From assembly GCF_026210795.1 (NCBI RefSeq), contig NC_089433.1:4030001-4094000 (forward strand): a DNA stretch of 64,000 nt. Direction: 5' to 3'. Origin of the DNA: Rhizophagus irregularis (taxonomy: Eukaryota). Below are positions 13,573-25,812 of the stretch, in pieces (the first letter of the stretch is position 1; each line of letters starts with the position of its first letter). Under the pieces are notes generated by a model that was not told the DNA's origin, searched no databases, and worked only from the letters and a program-made list of their open reading frames with translations. Made by a program: the position numbers and the translations under genes.

Positions 13573-14502
13573 CAGTGGTCGAAAAAAGTCCTCGGAATTA
13601 CAAAAAAATGCAAAAAATGAGCAACCAGTGATCAGAATTGCTTCAAATTTTGCAGATTTATTACCAAATGTGTGAATATTATGCATACAAAATTTCAGCT
13701 GTTTATCTTGCTTCTTTGTCTCGCAATCGTTTTTTTAAAGTTCAAAAAAATAAGTCATCAAAAATTTAACCTACAAAAAATCTGAAATTCTGATATAATA
13801 TTCAAATTGAAGTTTATTAAAAATTGAACAGTTATAAATCATAGTTTATGGTATGATAATTTTAACAAAAAAAATTTGGCCCTTTATTATTTGTTAGTTG
13901 TTGAGAAAATTGGAATCAAATTTTATCCACCACAATTGATCGCAACTGTTTTCTACCCTTAAAATCAATTGAAAGAACTAAAATTCATAATCAAAGTTAA
14001 ACTATAATAATTATAAAAAAATTATTGTAAAAACTATTTAATAATAGATTAATATTAAAAAAAAATTATCTATACAAATAATTTTAATGTACTATGATTT
14101 TACTATTTTAATTTTAATGACTTTAGTGCTTTTGAGCCAATTTTTAATCTCACTTTACAGAAAACTAACTGATTAAACTATAATCAAATTTTTTTAATAA
14201 ACTAATTAGAAATATATTTTTTTACGTTTATAATTTTTTATTATAAGTATACAAGCTGATTTTTAGTAACTGAACGCAAAATGTTAATCATTTCAAGTTA
14301 TCGTATTGCTTAAATTTTTAATGATTTTTTTTTGAACTTAAAAAACCGATTGTGAGACAAGGAAACAAGATAAATGGCTGAAATTTTGTATGCATAATAT
14401 TCACACATTTGGTAATAAATCTGCAAAATTTAAAGCAATTCTGATCACTGGTTGCTTAATTTTTGCGTTTTTTGTAATTCCGAGGACTTTTTTCGACCAC
14501 TG
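13573..14502. mobile_element. 930-bp Tc1/mariner-type MITE, ~180-bp TIRs, TA TSD
   Basis: TA-cagtggtcgaaaaaagtcctcggaattac ... gtaattccgaggacttttttcgaccactg-TA; no internal ORF. Confidence 0.95.
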
Positions 14503-15324
14503 TATGTATAAATTCTCCTACCGAAAATAGTGATTATGAAGCTGTTCTTTGTAGAAAGTATTTTTATGAAAAAATGGTAAGAGATATTAATTTAAACGAC
14601 AAATATTTTTTTATAGAAGAATATGAAGTATTTCAAATTACAAATAAATAAATGAAGTGTTTCGTTTTTATTTGAAACAAGGATATCTTAAATTACTTTA
14701 TTGTATGCGCTATTATCGGGCAATTATTATGGTTAATATGGTTAATATCATGTTTTCTAATATCTTACGTGATGACATTATGTTTACTTAAAAGGATAAG
14801 TTAAAAAAGTCTATCGGTAGTTTAAAATTGTATACGGGACATTAATTTCCGTGGTATAAACCAGTTATTTCATGATCAGCCTCGGTCTCATTATCATCAC
14901 GTCACCGCCGTGATGATCAATGTATCGTTAAGTTGTTAAATAAATTTATCGTACACTTAAGTTGCTGTTATAGAGAAGAAATAGAAAAAATATTATGAAT
15001 TTTCTTAACCTTTATTAGATAAAAAGAAATAATGTTGCAAGTAAAGTCCTATTCATATCTTTTTTATTTCGAATTTGATTAAAAAAGATTCCATCTAACT
15101 CGTGAAGTTTAATTATTTTTATAAAAAAAAAAAAGAAATGCTATAACGTTCGTCCAGAGTTTCAGATGGTAATGAGAACATATACCTCAATTATTTTACA
15201 TTACGTTTGTTGAAAAATATTTATACAAATAGTACATTAGTTTAACTACTATACGACAAACATGTACTAGTTGTTATTATATAAATTATATTTATGTACA
15301 AAAAAAAATATTTTTTTTTTTTTA

Positions 15325-16343
15325 CTATCTTCTCTTGTGACTTAAATCATATACAGGTAAAGTGAAATAAGAAGTTTCGAGGGTTATTAATTCAGCAAAA
15401 GCATTATACCAGGCCATTAATGAGGTTAATATACCGAATACACCACCAGCTTTTGTTAAGCCATTTGGTCCTTTTACATCTTCGCTAAGTTGGTAAAATT
15501 TCCCTAATGTAAGTAAGACCATTGCAGTGTTTAAGAAAAAGAATAATAACAGAGTTGCTCCATTTGTTTTGAGCGCCGCTAATGTCAAAAGGAACGTAAC
15601 TGTTAAGTTAAAAAAAAAAAAAAGACGAGCTTTTAGTAAAAATGATAAAATGTATATATGAGTCACGTGTATAGAATATACTTACAGATAGTCCATGCTA
15701 ATAAATATATTCCAACTAAAAAAAAATTAGTAATGATTAATTTGATATCAAAATTTATTTTAATGAAGAAAAAAAACTTTATTTACTAGCATGATCAACT
15801 GCAAAAGGATCTTCGGGTATGTAAAAATCTGTAAGACGAAAAATGAAATTTGAAGCGTAAGAGAGCCAAAAAGCACCAAAAGAACCAGCAGCGGTGGCAC
15901 CAAAGGTATTTCCAGCTTTAAGATGCCACAATCCTGCTATTAATTGTACTAGACCACCATAAAATAATGCCAATCCTACTACAATATTTGGAAGTTGTAG
16001 GTAATAGGATCCAGAATTATTAATCGACAATACAAATGTTGTTAAAGCAAATGCGCATAACCCTATTAATTTAAATACAAAAAAATTATGGATGAAATTA
16101 GAAAAGCTAAAATTTTAATTTAGTTTAATAAGGAATATTACCGTTCCCACTTAATTGTTTGTTAGGGGTATTTAAACATAACTTTTTCAAAAAAAAAAAA
16201 TAGAAGGGTGAAAACGTTAAATAAACAATTAAGTTGGAATGGTTTATTGATCACATGCCAAGTGGACCAGAGCTAGCGACTTTTGGTGAAGTGTCTTCGA
16301 ATGTTCTGAATTCACCACTTTTTCCTTCTTCAAGAGTCGTCAT
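15325..16343 (-). CDS. GPR1/FUN34/YaaH (ATO/SatP) family transporter A; exons 16343-16259, 16062-15787, 15715-15686, 15599-15325 (221 aa)
   Basis: Spliced product: SSGPLGLCAFALTTFVLS, YGGLVQLIAG, GNTFGATA, KAGGVFGI..AWY; exons total 666 nt; intron 1 is GC-AG. Confidence 0.9.
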
Positions 16344-17938
16344 TTTTGGTTCGTTATTGTCGGTATACTTTGATATTTAAGGAATTATAGATGTTAATAA
16401 TATTTTCAGAGAAAATTAAGAATAGAGAAAAAAAAGGTGATTTTATAACAAATTCATACATTCTTTTTGTGACATCGGAATTCGGAAGTTCTTTTTTTAT
16501 TCCTTCCGTAAAAGATAATCAAAAAAATTTTTATTTTGTAATACAAAAGAATATCACCCCCGTCATGTTCGATTTTCGCATTAACATTTTTGATTATTAA
16601 ATCGTGATGATCACATGCGACAAATGATCAAATGACCAGATTAACATCCTATTTTCAGCCAATTATTCCCTCACTTGACACCACGTGTATAGATGAACTA
16701 TATAACATGATTATACGGATAAATAAATAAATAAAATAAATTTAAAAACCTTTTTGTGAAAGATCTCAAATCTATTTATCTGTTAATAATTTTCATTTTT
16801 TAAACTATAATTCTGGCCGGAGTTAAAGTATAAATTTTTACCAATGCTATTTTAACGTCATGTACAAATTTAAGTCTTCAATTATTATAGTAATACGATT
16901 ATTCAATTAATGGAGATTCTAATGTAGTACGGGTATGAATATTACTTCATTAAGAGCTATAATAAATTTAATACAGCTGAATGTATAATAATATATTGTT
17001 ATCTTTTTGTTATAAAATAATTATGTTGATTTTGTTTATTGAGTATAAGAGCTTTTTAAAGTTTTATTGGTCCTTTGGCCGTGAATAAGTTTAATTATTT
17101 GATTATTTATAAAAGTATTTGTCAAAAATAAATAAATAGATAAATAAATAGATATAAATAAACAGATAAATAATTCGAATGCATGGTCTTTTTCATTGAA
17201 CAGGTTAACTTTAACAATTTATATTAAAACTAGACAACAATTTTTTGGATCCTAATTGGGTAATTTAGAACTAACCAAAAAAGTACTTAAAGGCTTTGAT
17301 ATGTTTAGAAAAAATTCATCCTAAATTCCTAATATCAGATATAGAATTATTGAATTAATTATTATGTGTATGTATATACATTATATAATTACTTTCAAAT
17401 ATTTAAATAAAAATATTACCATATTTATCGTAATAATGTTATCGATAATCTTACGATGATAATACAATATCTACCTTAAAAGGTAATGTAAAGAAGTGAA
17501 CAGTAACATAATTTTTTGTTTTTTAATGGAAAAAGATAACCTTTAAATAAATCCCTTGTTAATCAGTTCAATCCCAATAACCACTATTTTCTGGTTAGAT
17601 TTATAATCCATTATTTATTATTTATTATAAAAAAAATTTATTGTATTTAGGTATTAATAAGATTATCAGGATATCCGGATAATCGAGAAAATGGAATTTG
17701 ATTTTTAGATTACTTTTGACTAGATGATAATCCTAATAGTTCGATCGCAACTAAGAAAAATGGATAAAAAACAATATCACGTAAACTTACAATTTGTGAC
17801 ACCGTTAATTTTAAAATTTAGAAACGAATCAAATTTTGAATTTTTAATCATGTTTAAATAATTATGGCGTATATTACGTGAAACATTGAAACAATCCATT
17901 ACTACTAAATAAGTAGCACAATGAATTTTTTTTATCTT

Positions 17939-18835
17939 ATGTCATCTTTAAATACATCTATCTTCAAATACATCTATGAAATTAAAGTCATTTAGTCATT
18001 TTCTATTGCGATCTGCAATGTGCGTTTGATAAACCGATATTCCAAACCTTGTTTTAGAGTGCAGAATCTTCTTTACCAAAAGCGGTACATACAATAATAA
18101 AACTAGAAACGATCACCGAAATGACTAAGTGTTCTAATTTTGATTGGTTTTTTTGTAAAAATTCTATTAATCAAAGCAGAATTACTGCTGATCGGTTACG
18201 ATCACGTGCATTCATCTTTGGAACAAAAATGAATTGGGTGATAGGTGAGGGGCTTTGGCCGAGTATCGAACGATGCTTGGTCTGGCTAATCCACTTTGAA
18301 GGAGGTTGTCTTAGGTAGTTTCTTTTTTAGATGCAATGTACACTTTTAAAACTGTTTCATTCTCAACTGTTGGTCAATATTGGTTGTCGTGTATGTGCGT
18401 CGCCGTTCCTTCATTGAAACTTAAAAATAAAAAAAATAAAAAAAAATAAAAATAATAAATGATTATTGGTGGAATATCTCACCGATTCACTGACAGGGTC
18501 ATTTCGGACAAGGGAATTTAGGATTATATTTAGGTAAGGAAATTAGGGTTAGGATTAGGGTTAGGTTAAGGTTAAAATAAGTGGTGAAATAACGGTAAAA
18601 TGTTCCTGTCGGCGAAATTATAGTGAAATGAACCAGATCCCAAGAGTATTTTATTTCAATCATTCGATTTCATACCATTTCCTAAAAGTCTTTAGTTATA
18701 AGAAATGAAAGAAGAAATATGTACCTCAATAGGGTTTTGCACAAAATCTTACATTTGATAATCCAGATCCAAATAACTGGACAGATGATGATGGAATATT
18801 CTCTGCAATAGTATTTATCTTTAATACAATTATTC
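17939..18835 (+). pseudogene. Heavily deleted BTB-TLDc relic divergent from transporter A
   Basis: atgtcatc follows a promoter homologous to that of copy 4; 18640-18835 matches BACK-region DNA (gcacaaaatct..ccagatccaaataactggacagatgatgat). Confidence 0.6.
18484..18640. repeat. Small element with telomere-like (TTAGGG/GGTTA) core and ggtcatttc/gaaatgaacc inverted motifs
   Basis: ttagggttaggattagggttaggttaaggtta at ~18543-18574, inside inverted motifs. Confidence 0.55.
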
Positions 18836-19303
18836 ATCTTCTCTTTGATCAATCTTATATTTCTTAATGGGATAATAAATTATCAAATAGTTAACTTTCG
18901 AAAAATTAGGTAATTAAGATTTATAAAATTATAAGAACCAAAATCTTGTGTAACTTAATACGAATCCGAGGTATTAATAATTTGAAAATTTTTTATTCAA
19001 ACAATATAGAAATATCTGATGTCAATATGCCATTATACAGTGTCTATCACATTTAAATAAAATAATTTTTAACAAACATGATTTTTATTTGATTTTTATT
19101 TTCAACTTTCTGCACCATAGTTAACATCAAATTACGACAACGGGAATTTTCATGTTACCTTTGATTCAATAGATTTCATATGTCAACTGAAGTATCTTCT
19201 TTAAGGACATCTCTTTTATAAATAAGTTCATAAGAATAATAAAATTAATATTACACTATTATACATTATTATATAATACATTTCAATTTAAGCAGATCAA
19301 TTA

Positions 19304-19339
19304 GCGGTGACGAAGTCACCGCACATTAGAATCCTCTAG
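19304..19339 (+). mobile_element. Helitron 3' terminus
   Basis: Perfect hairpin gcggtgac-gaa-gtcaccgc, then CTAG|T 13 nt downstream; 5' end not located. Confidence 0.75.
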
Positions 19340-20147
19340 TTTTTTTTAAAAAAAGAGATTTAATATTATCAAGATCAGATTTTTTTTTATCAAGATTCAA
19401 GATTTTATTTCCTTTATGAAACAAATCTTGTAACTGATTAATGTAGGAGAAATGATTCTAGTGATATTACGCAATTTATAAATAAAAAAGTTTTTTTAAT
19501 TTGATGGTAGTTTAATAGTTTAATAAAAAGATTCATATTACTAGTTATTGGAATAAATAATTTTCGCATTGATTCAATATTGTATTTTTCTTCATTAATT
19601 TGGTGAAAAAGTAAATTGGCTTCTTATGATTAGATATGAAAAAAAAAATGATACCGAGATATGACTTAAATTTAAACGAAATGCGAATAACAATAAATGA
19701 ATTAAATGTCATTAAGATCTTTGTGAATTTGAACGACTTTAATTTTGGTTCTCAATTCAAGGCACTACTCATTACTCGCTAGTCGCTACATTGCAATACA
19801 ACAATAAATTTTTACGAATAATCAACTGTATAATAATATAATAATTTATTTAAAGTGTTAATAAATGAAATTATTCAAATTACAAACTACTCTATTCTTA
19901 GTGTTTAAATAATTCTAAATAAAATAAAAAACGAAATATATAAAAAATTGTAAATCAAAAATTTAGATAATTTATTATTTCAAGTGATGTAGTACAATGT
20001 CTCGATTGTTTAAAATAATCATGTCGGACATAAAATTATACTATTTTAATCACTAATCCACTTAATATATAATGGGAAATTTTAAATATATTTACATATT
20101 AATACACTACTAACAGCTAATATAAATAAAACTATAGGCGCGATATA

Positions 20148-21185
20148 CAAGCTCCGCACATAATCAATTGCAGAATCACATGAGATACGATCATTTTTTA
20201 CTTACGAGTCGCGAGTCGCGATTTTTTTACTTGTAAACAAGTATATATATACTCTCAACATATATATATACCATCAGTTTTCTCCAAAAAAAAAAAAAAT
20301 ACTCACCTTTTCAGAACGTTCTTTCCAAAAATGCCCTAGAGTCCGAATATAACAAATAATAAATACAGTAATATGGTTGTGTTTTACGTTTAACAACCTT
20401 TGTGTTTACCTACACCCTTCCTTTCGCAAGAAAATTCCCATCGTAATGTCTTCTTCAAATAAAAAATCGTCTCGTGAAGTCTTATTACATTTATGGAATA
20501 ACGGTATTCATAATGTAAAAGAATTACATAGGTTAACAAACATCCAAAAGTCCACTATTTACGATAATATAAAAAATTTAAAGAAAATGGGACTATAAAG
20601 CATGCTGGAGACCCAAAAAGATTACCACAAATGTCTCCCGTGCACTTGGTCGATTTGTAAGGCATGATACGTCTCTTTTCACAAGAACTTTGGAGAAAAT
20701 ATAGGCGTAGAAGTATCGTATAGAACCGTTGGAAGGCATCTTTCAAGTATTGGTTGTGTAAAAAGACTGCCTAACGCAACCCCTATGCTGACCAAAACAT
20801 ACAAGGTAAAGCGTGTGGAGTGGGCAAAAAAAACATATTAATAACCAATGGGATAAAACTGTTTATACTGATAAAACTTCTTTTCAAATCTTTAGAAACA
20901 CCGTTGAATGATGGTATAAAGGAGAAAGACCAGTTTGGTGTATGCCTAAAGATCGTACGAAGATTATGGCATGAGGTGGATTCTGCGTGAAAGGAAAAAC
21001 AAAATTATTTTTGTTTTAAACAAATTATGAACGCCAAATTTTATGTGGATTGTGGAAATTCTTCGTACACATATTACTGAGATCTTCCAGATGCTTGGTG
21101 ATCGTTGGTGCTTCCAACAAGACAACGATCCCAAGCATACCAGCCGTCTTGCAAAAGCCTTTCTTAAGGAAAATGTTTCAGTAGT
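20148..21185 (+). mobile_element. Degenerate, 3'-truncated Tc1/mariner DDE transposase (coding from 20446)
   Basis: HTH-like LHRLTNIQKSTIYD; TPMLT..KRVEWAKK; TVYTDKT; FQQDNDPKHTS; several frameshifts and stops. Confidence 0.88.
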
Positions 21186-21720
21186 GTAGCATTGAGCATT
21201 GAAACACTAGGCAACAGACGGAAGCTCTCTGAATGGAGTATTGCTGGTTTACTAGATGTGTGTAAAATGGCTAGGAGACTTTAAAAGAGGTGTGTATTTT
21301 TTTATTTGCAAAGTGGGTAACTTCCTAAGCTAAAATTAGAACGGATAACTCATTTGAGTCGGGGAGTTCACAAATTTTACTTAGGAGGGTACTGGATTTG
21401 TTTGCTTGGGTTGGGTAAGGGTGAACAAAGTGGGTAACTCCTAGGAAAATCTAGAACGGATAACTCAATTGAGTCGGGGAGTTCACAAGGTTGACTTAGG
21501 AGAATTATCTGCTTTTTATTTTATTTTATTTTTATTTTTATTTTTTTATTCCCTTTTTTTCTTTTTTCTTTTTTCTTTTTTATCTTTTTTTATTTTTTTT
21601 TTATTTCTCTTGTTCACTTGATAACCAACTCAAGCAGATAATATCCTACTTTGTTGTTAGTAAAGTCTGCTAATTCTAAAGGAGGAATTGGCTATGTCTT
21701 CTTTATGATTAAATAAAAAT
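21186..21720 (+). mobile_element. Probable non-LTR retroelement 3' tail with two ~84-bp direct repeats
   Basis: Truncates the Tc1 relic; repeats at 21309-21392 and 21426-21509, T-rich tract, hairpins, ends in aaataaaaa. Confidence 0.45.
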
Positions 21721-22167
21721 TTAGCACACTATTAATAATTTTTCTTTCTCATAATAGGTAAATGCAGTGATTTACAATCACTGGTAGAATGAAGAAATTT
21801 CAATTCTAAAAGGAATAATATTTGGTAAATAATTAATTTGAAAATTATTTTAAAAACATTATATATATATCACGCATTTATCTTTTTTCTTTTTTCTAGT
21901 TCATATTATAATTAACTCGGATAAAATTCTTATGGCTTTATTGAAAGAAATTTTCCAAAAAAAGACAGCTATGCTAATTTGGTATGACATGTGAGATAGA
22001 TATCCACTCTGTTGACCCGGTCACCTACGATAACTAATTTTTAACTTCTTTATGGGTAACCAATAAAATTGCTTTAAATTATGTTTATAGAAGTGAAAAG
22101 TATATTGATCTAGCACACATTTCTAACAATATTTGCCAAAAATCATTTTATTAACAAACGTTTATAC

Positions 22168-22579
22168 TAGGGTTGGATTGGTTCGGTCTGGTCTAGTCCA
22201 TTTATCTTTCGGGGCAGTTCTTTTGATCATTTGTAAGACCGGTCCTTAATGGTTTCAAATTTATTTTTATTTATAACGTCGGTATTGATTATTGATCAGC
22301 AAGACAATGAAACATAACAGGCGCACTAAATCTTGACATTAATTTATAAGTCTCATACTTTACCTTTTTAAAGCATCAATAAGGAATCAAATGATATCGA
22401 TATTACAAAAAATTGAAATATGAAAATTTTAATAAATCAAAATGAAAAATTGATTAATAATAGGTATTTTATTAGTCGAAAATTTTATATAATCGATCAC
22501 AGCCCTCAAATCCTGGATCGAAGACCGTTGAAGACCGGTCCTAGTAAGATTAGTTCTTTCTAGGACCGATCCAATCCTA
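22168..22579. mobile_element. hAT-like MITE (degenerate)
   Basis: tagggttggattggttc ... ggaccgatccaatccta imperfect TIRs; internal gaccggtcc motifs; TSD not preserved. Confidence 0.6.
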
Positions 22580-22781
22580 AATTTTCAGCGTAAATGTTTT
22601 ACCATCATACATATTTATGTCGTAATTATTACTAATAGATTTTTATCATTTATTAAAATTAATATAAAATGAATAAATTGGTTTAACTAGTTTGCAGTAT
22701 ATGTATATATGTATTTTTTTTTTACGGTAAACATGTACTAATTTGTCATATAAATTATATTTATGTACAAAAAATTATTTT

Positions 22782-23778
22782 CTATTTGTTCTTACGACTT
22801 AAATCATAAACGGGTAAAGTGAAATAAGAATTTTCGAGGGTTATTAATCCAGCAAATGCGTTATACCAAGCCGTTAATGCGACAAATATACCGAATACAC
22901 CACCAGCTTTTGTTAAACCATTTGGTCCCTTTATATCTTCATTAAGTTGGAAAAATTTCCCTAATATAAGTAAGATAAATGTGATATTTACGAAAACGAA
23001 TAATAACAAAGATGCTCCATTTGTCTTGAGCGCCGCTAATGTCATAAGGAACGTAACTGTTAAGTTAAAAAAAAAGGAGCTTTTATTAAAAAAATGATAA
23101 ATATATATATGAGTCGCGTGTATGAAATATACTTACAGATTTCCCATCCTATTAAACTTATTCCAACTAAAAAAAAAATATAGTAATGATTAATTTGATA
23201 TCAAAATTTATTTTAAGGAAGAAAAAAACTATATTTACTAGCATGATCAACTGCAAAAGGGTCATCGGGTACCACAAAATCTGTAAGGTTAAAAAGGAAG
23301 TTTGCAGCGTAAGAGAGCCAAAGAGCACCATAAGAACAAAAAGCGGTGGCACCAAAGCTATTTCCAACGGTAAGATCCCACCATCCTGCACATATTTGTA
23401 CTATCCCACCATAAGTTAATGCTAATCCTACTGTAATATTTGGAAGTTGTAGGTATGAGGATCCAGCATTATTAATCGATAATACAAATACTGATAAAGC
23501 AAATGCACTTAACCCTATTATTTAAACACAAAATTATGGATAAAATTAGAAAAATTAACATTTTGAATTTAGATTAATAATAATAAATATTCCCGTTCCA
23601 ACCTAATTGTTTATTTAATGTTTTCACCCCTTCTATTTTCTAAAAAATTGTTTAAGTGCCCCTAACAAACAATTAAGTTGGAATGGTCTATTGAACACAT
23701 GCCAAGTGGTCCAGCGCTAGCGACTTTTGGAGTGACTTCTTTGTCTTCCCCACGTTTTCCTTCTTCAATAGTTGACAT
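22782..23778 (-). CDS. GPR1/FUN34/YaaH (ATO/SatP) family transporter B; exons 23778-23703, 23514-23239, 23166-23137, 23056-22782 (218 aa)
   Basis: SAGPLGLSAFALSVFVLS, YGGIVQICAG, GNSFGATA; exons 2-4 same sizes as in A (276/30/275); GC-AG intron 1. Confidence 0.9.
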
Positions 23779-25812
23779 TTTCGACTTTATTGTCGTTATA
23801 CTTCGATATTTAAGGAATTTTAAAAGTTAATATTTTCAGAGAAAATTAAGAATAGAGAAGAAAAGGTGATTTTATAACAAACTTTTTATAATTCATACAT
23901 TTATTTTGTGATATCAGATATCGGAAGTGCTTTTTTTATTCTTTCCGTTAAAGATCATCAAAAAGAGAAAAAATCCCGCCTTTTAAATCTCGATGATCAC
24001 ATGTGACGAATGATCATTTATCAAATGACCCAGATCAACATACTATTCTCTTGACGATGAAAATATGTTTTTTCTCCGAAACTATAAAAGAATGTCCTTC
24101 ATAGTAAGGATGATAAGCAAATATATCGTGTCACATCAATGTTAAAATATAAATAAGCATAGATAGGCATTAACAAAAACGATATTTTTACAAATATTTG
24201 AATATAATTTTAAATATTCGTTACTTTAATGATCTTATTATAAAATCATATTAACAAGATGATTTACTTTCTCACTATCGTTTATCATAATTGCATTTAA
24301 AATATAAATATAAATAATCATCAACACCGAATTTAAGTCTCTAATTAATATCATTGGTTCAATGGTGAAGATTCTAATGTAGTACGTGTATGAATATTAA
24401 TGTATTACGAGCTATAACAGTTTAATATAGTGTATACTGATATATTATAACCTTTTTGCAATATATTATTATCATTTGATTATTTATAAAAATATTTGTA
24501 AAAAAAAAATATATGAATAAATTTGAACGAATGAAATTTTGCTTGTTTTAACATAATTTTTTTTATTCAATTTTCGCTGATCCTGGTTAGATAACTTCGA
24601 ACTAACAAAAAAAATACTTAAAGACTTTAATTGAGATTAATATGTTTAAAGAATTCTTGCCAAAAACTCATCCTAATAACATCTTCAAATATGGAAAATA
24701 TGGAATATTGAATTAATTATTATCATTTTATATGTATACACATATATTATATAATTTACTTTCAACTATTTATCAGTAAAATTTTAATGATAAACTTGAT
24801 TATTTAAATAATAGATGTTTACCATTTTTATCGCAATGACGCTATCAATAAAATTTCATACATTACGACGGTAAACATAATGCAAATAAAGAAGTTTTGC
24901 GAGTAAACTAGCAATATATACAGTATATATACATATATAATATATATATATATATGTTTAGAAAGGATAACCACCTTAGTACAAAATCTCTGACCGAATT
25001 TTTACCGTTAATCAGTTCAATCCTAATAACAGGTTTAGATTTATAAAAAATTTTAAGATGGATGTTACGTGAACTATTCAAAATCAAGACGATCATCCCG
25101 TCATAATATAAACCGACATCAATTTATAAGCCCAAAATTCAAAATATTATCTCAACATTCGACACTTATTATCCTTTTGAAAATTATATTGTAGATTAAT
25201 TAGGTAGATTAAAAATAAATAAAAATTATATCTTTATGATACAAAAAACCGCATTTTTATTTAATAAAAAAATTATTTTTTTCTAACTAATAAACACTTA
25301 TAAACATTAATAATAATAATAATTAATTTTTGAATTTTTAAAAATCTTTGCATATTAATAAAAATATTAATTATTAGGAAGTATTACAAAACATAACATC
25401 TATAAAAAAGAGTAATAATTTAAAATTAAAGGAAAAAAATAATAAATGTCGGGATAATGAGTGCCGGGTTTTGAATTTTCAAGATTATTATTTGTCCCAG
25501 ATGCCACATAAAAATATGCGTTCTTCATTCAGGGATTAAAAGAATTATCGGGATACTCGGATAATCGGGAAAATAGATTATTTTTTTGGATTACTTACTT
25601 TTGCCGTGATAATCCTGATCAAACGATCGCAATTATGAAAAAAAAAGTATCACGTGAAATTTTGGAATTTTAATGCAAAAATTATGACGTAGATTACGTG
25701 AAACATTGAAATAATCCCGTTACTAAATAAGTAATAAAATTTGTTTCACAATGGTTTTCATTTTACACTTTCTTTTTATTGTTGATTTTTTTTTTATTTT
25801 AAAAAGAAAATT

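Larger units (their letters stand above)
11406..14651 (+). pseudogene. BTB-BACK-TLDc copy 3, interrupted by two TIR elements
   Basis: Exon 1 11406-11659, exon 2 from 11739. Removing 12461-13246 and 13573-14504 restores an open frame ending ...EEYEVFQITNK* at 14651. Confidence 0.88.

Noticed and set aside
13573..14504. Splicing-out of the Tc1-type MITE
   Set aside because: GTs at 13575, 13578 and 13588 with the AG at 14484 all leave a frameshift.
18530..18575. Telomere or telomere-fusion site
   Set aside because: Only a few degenerate units, inside a small inverted-motif element.
21309..21509. CRISPR array or SECIS element
   Set aside because: Two long units only, eukaryotic context, no cas genes; no AUGA/GA quartet with AA loop.
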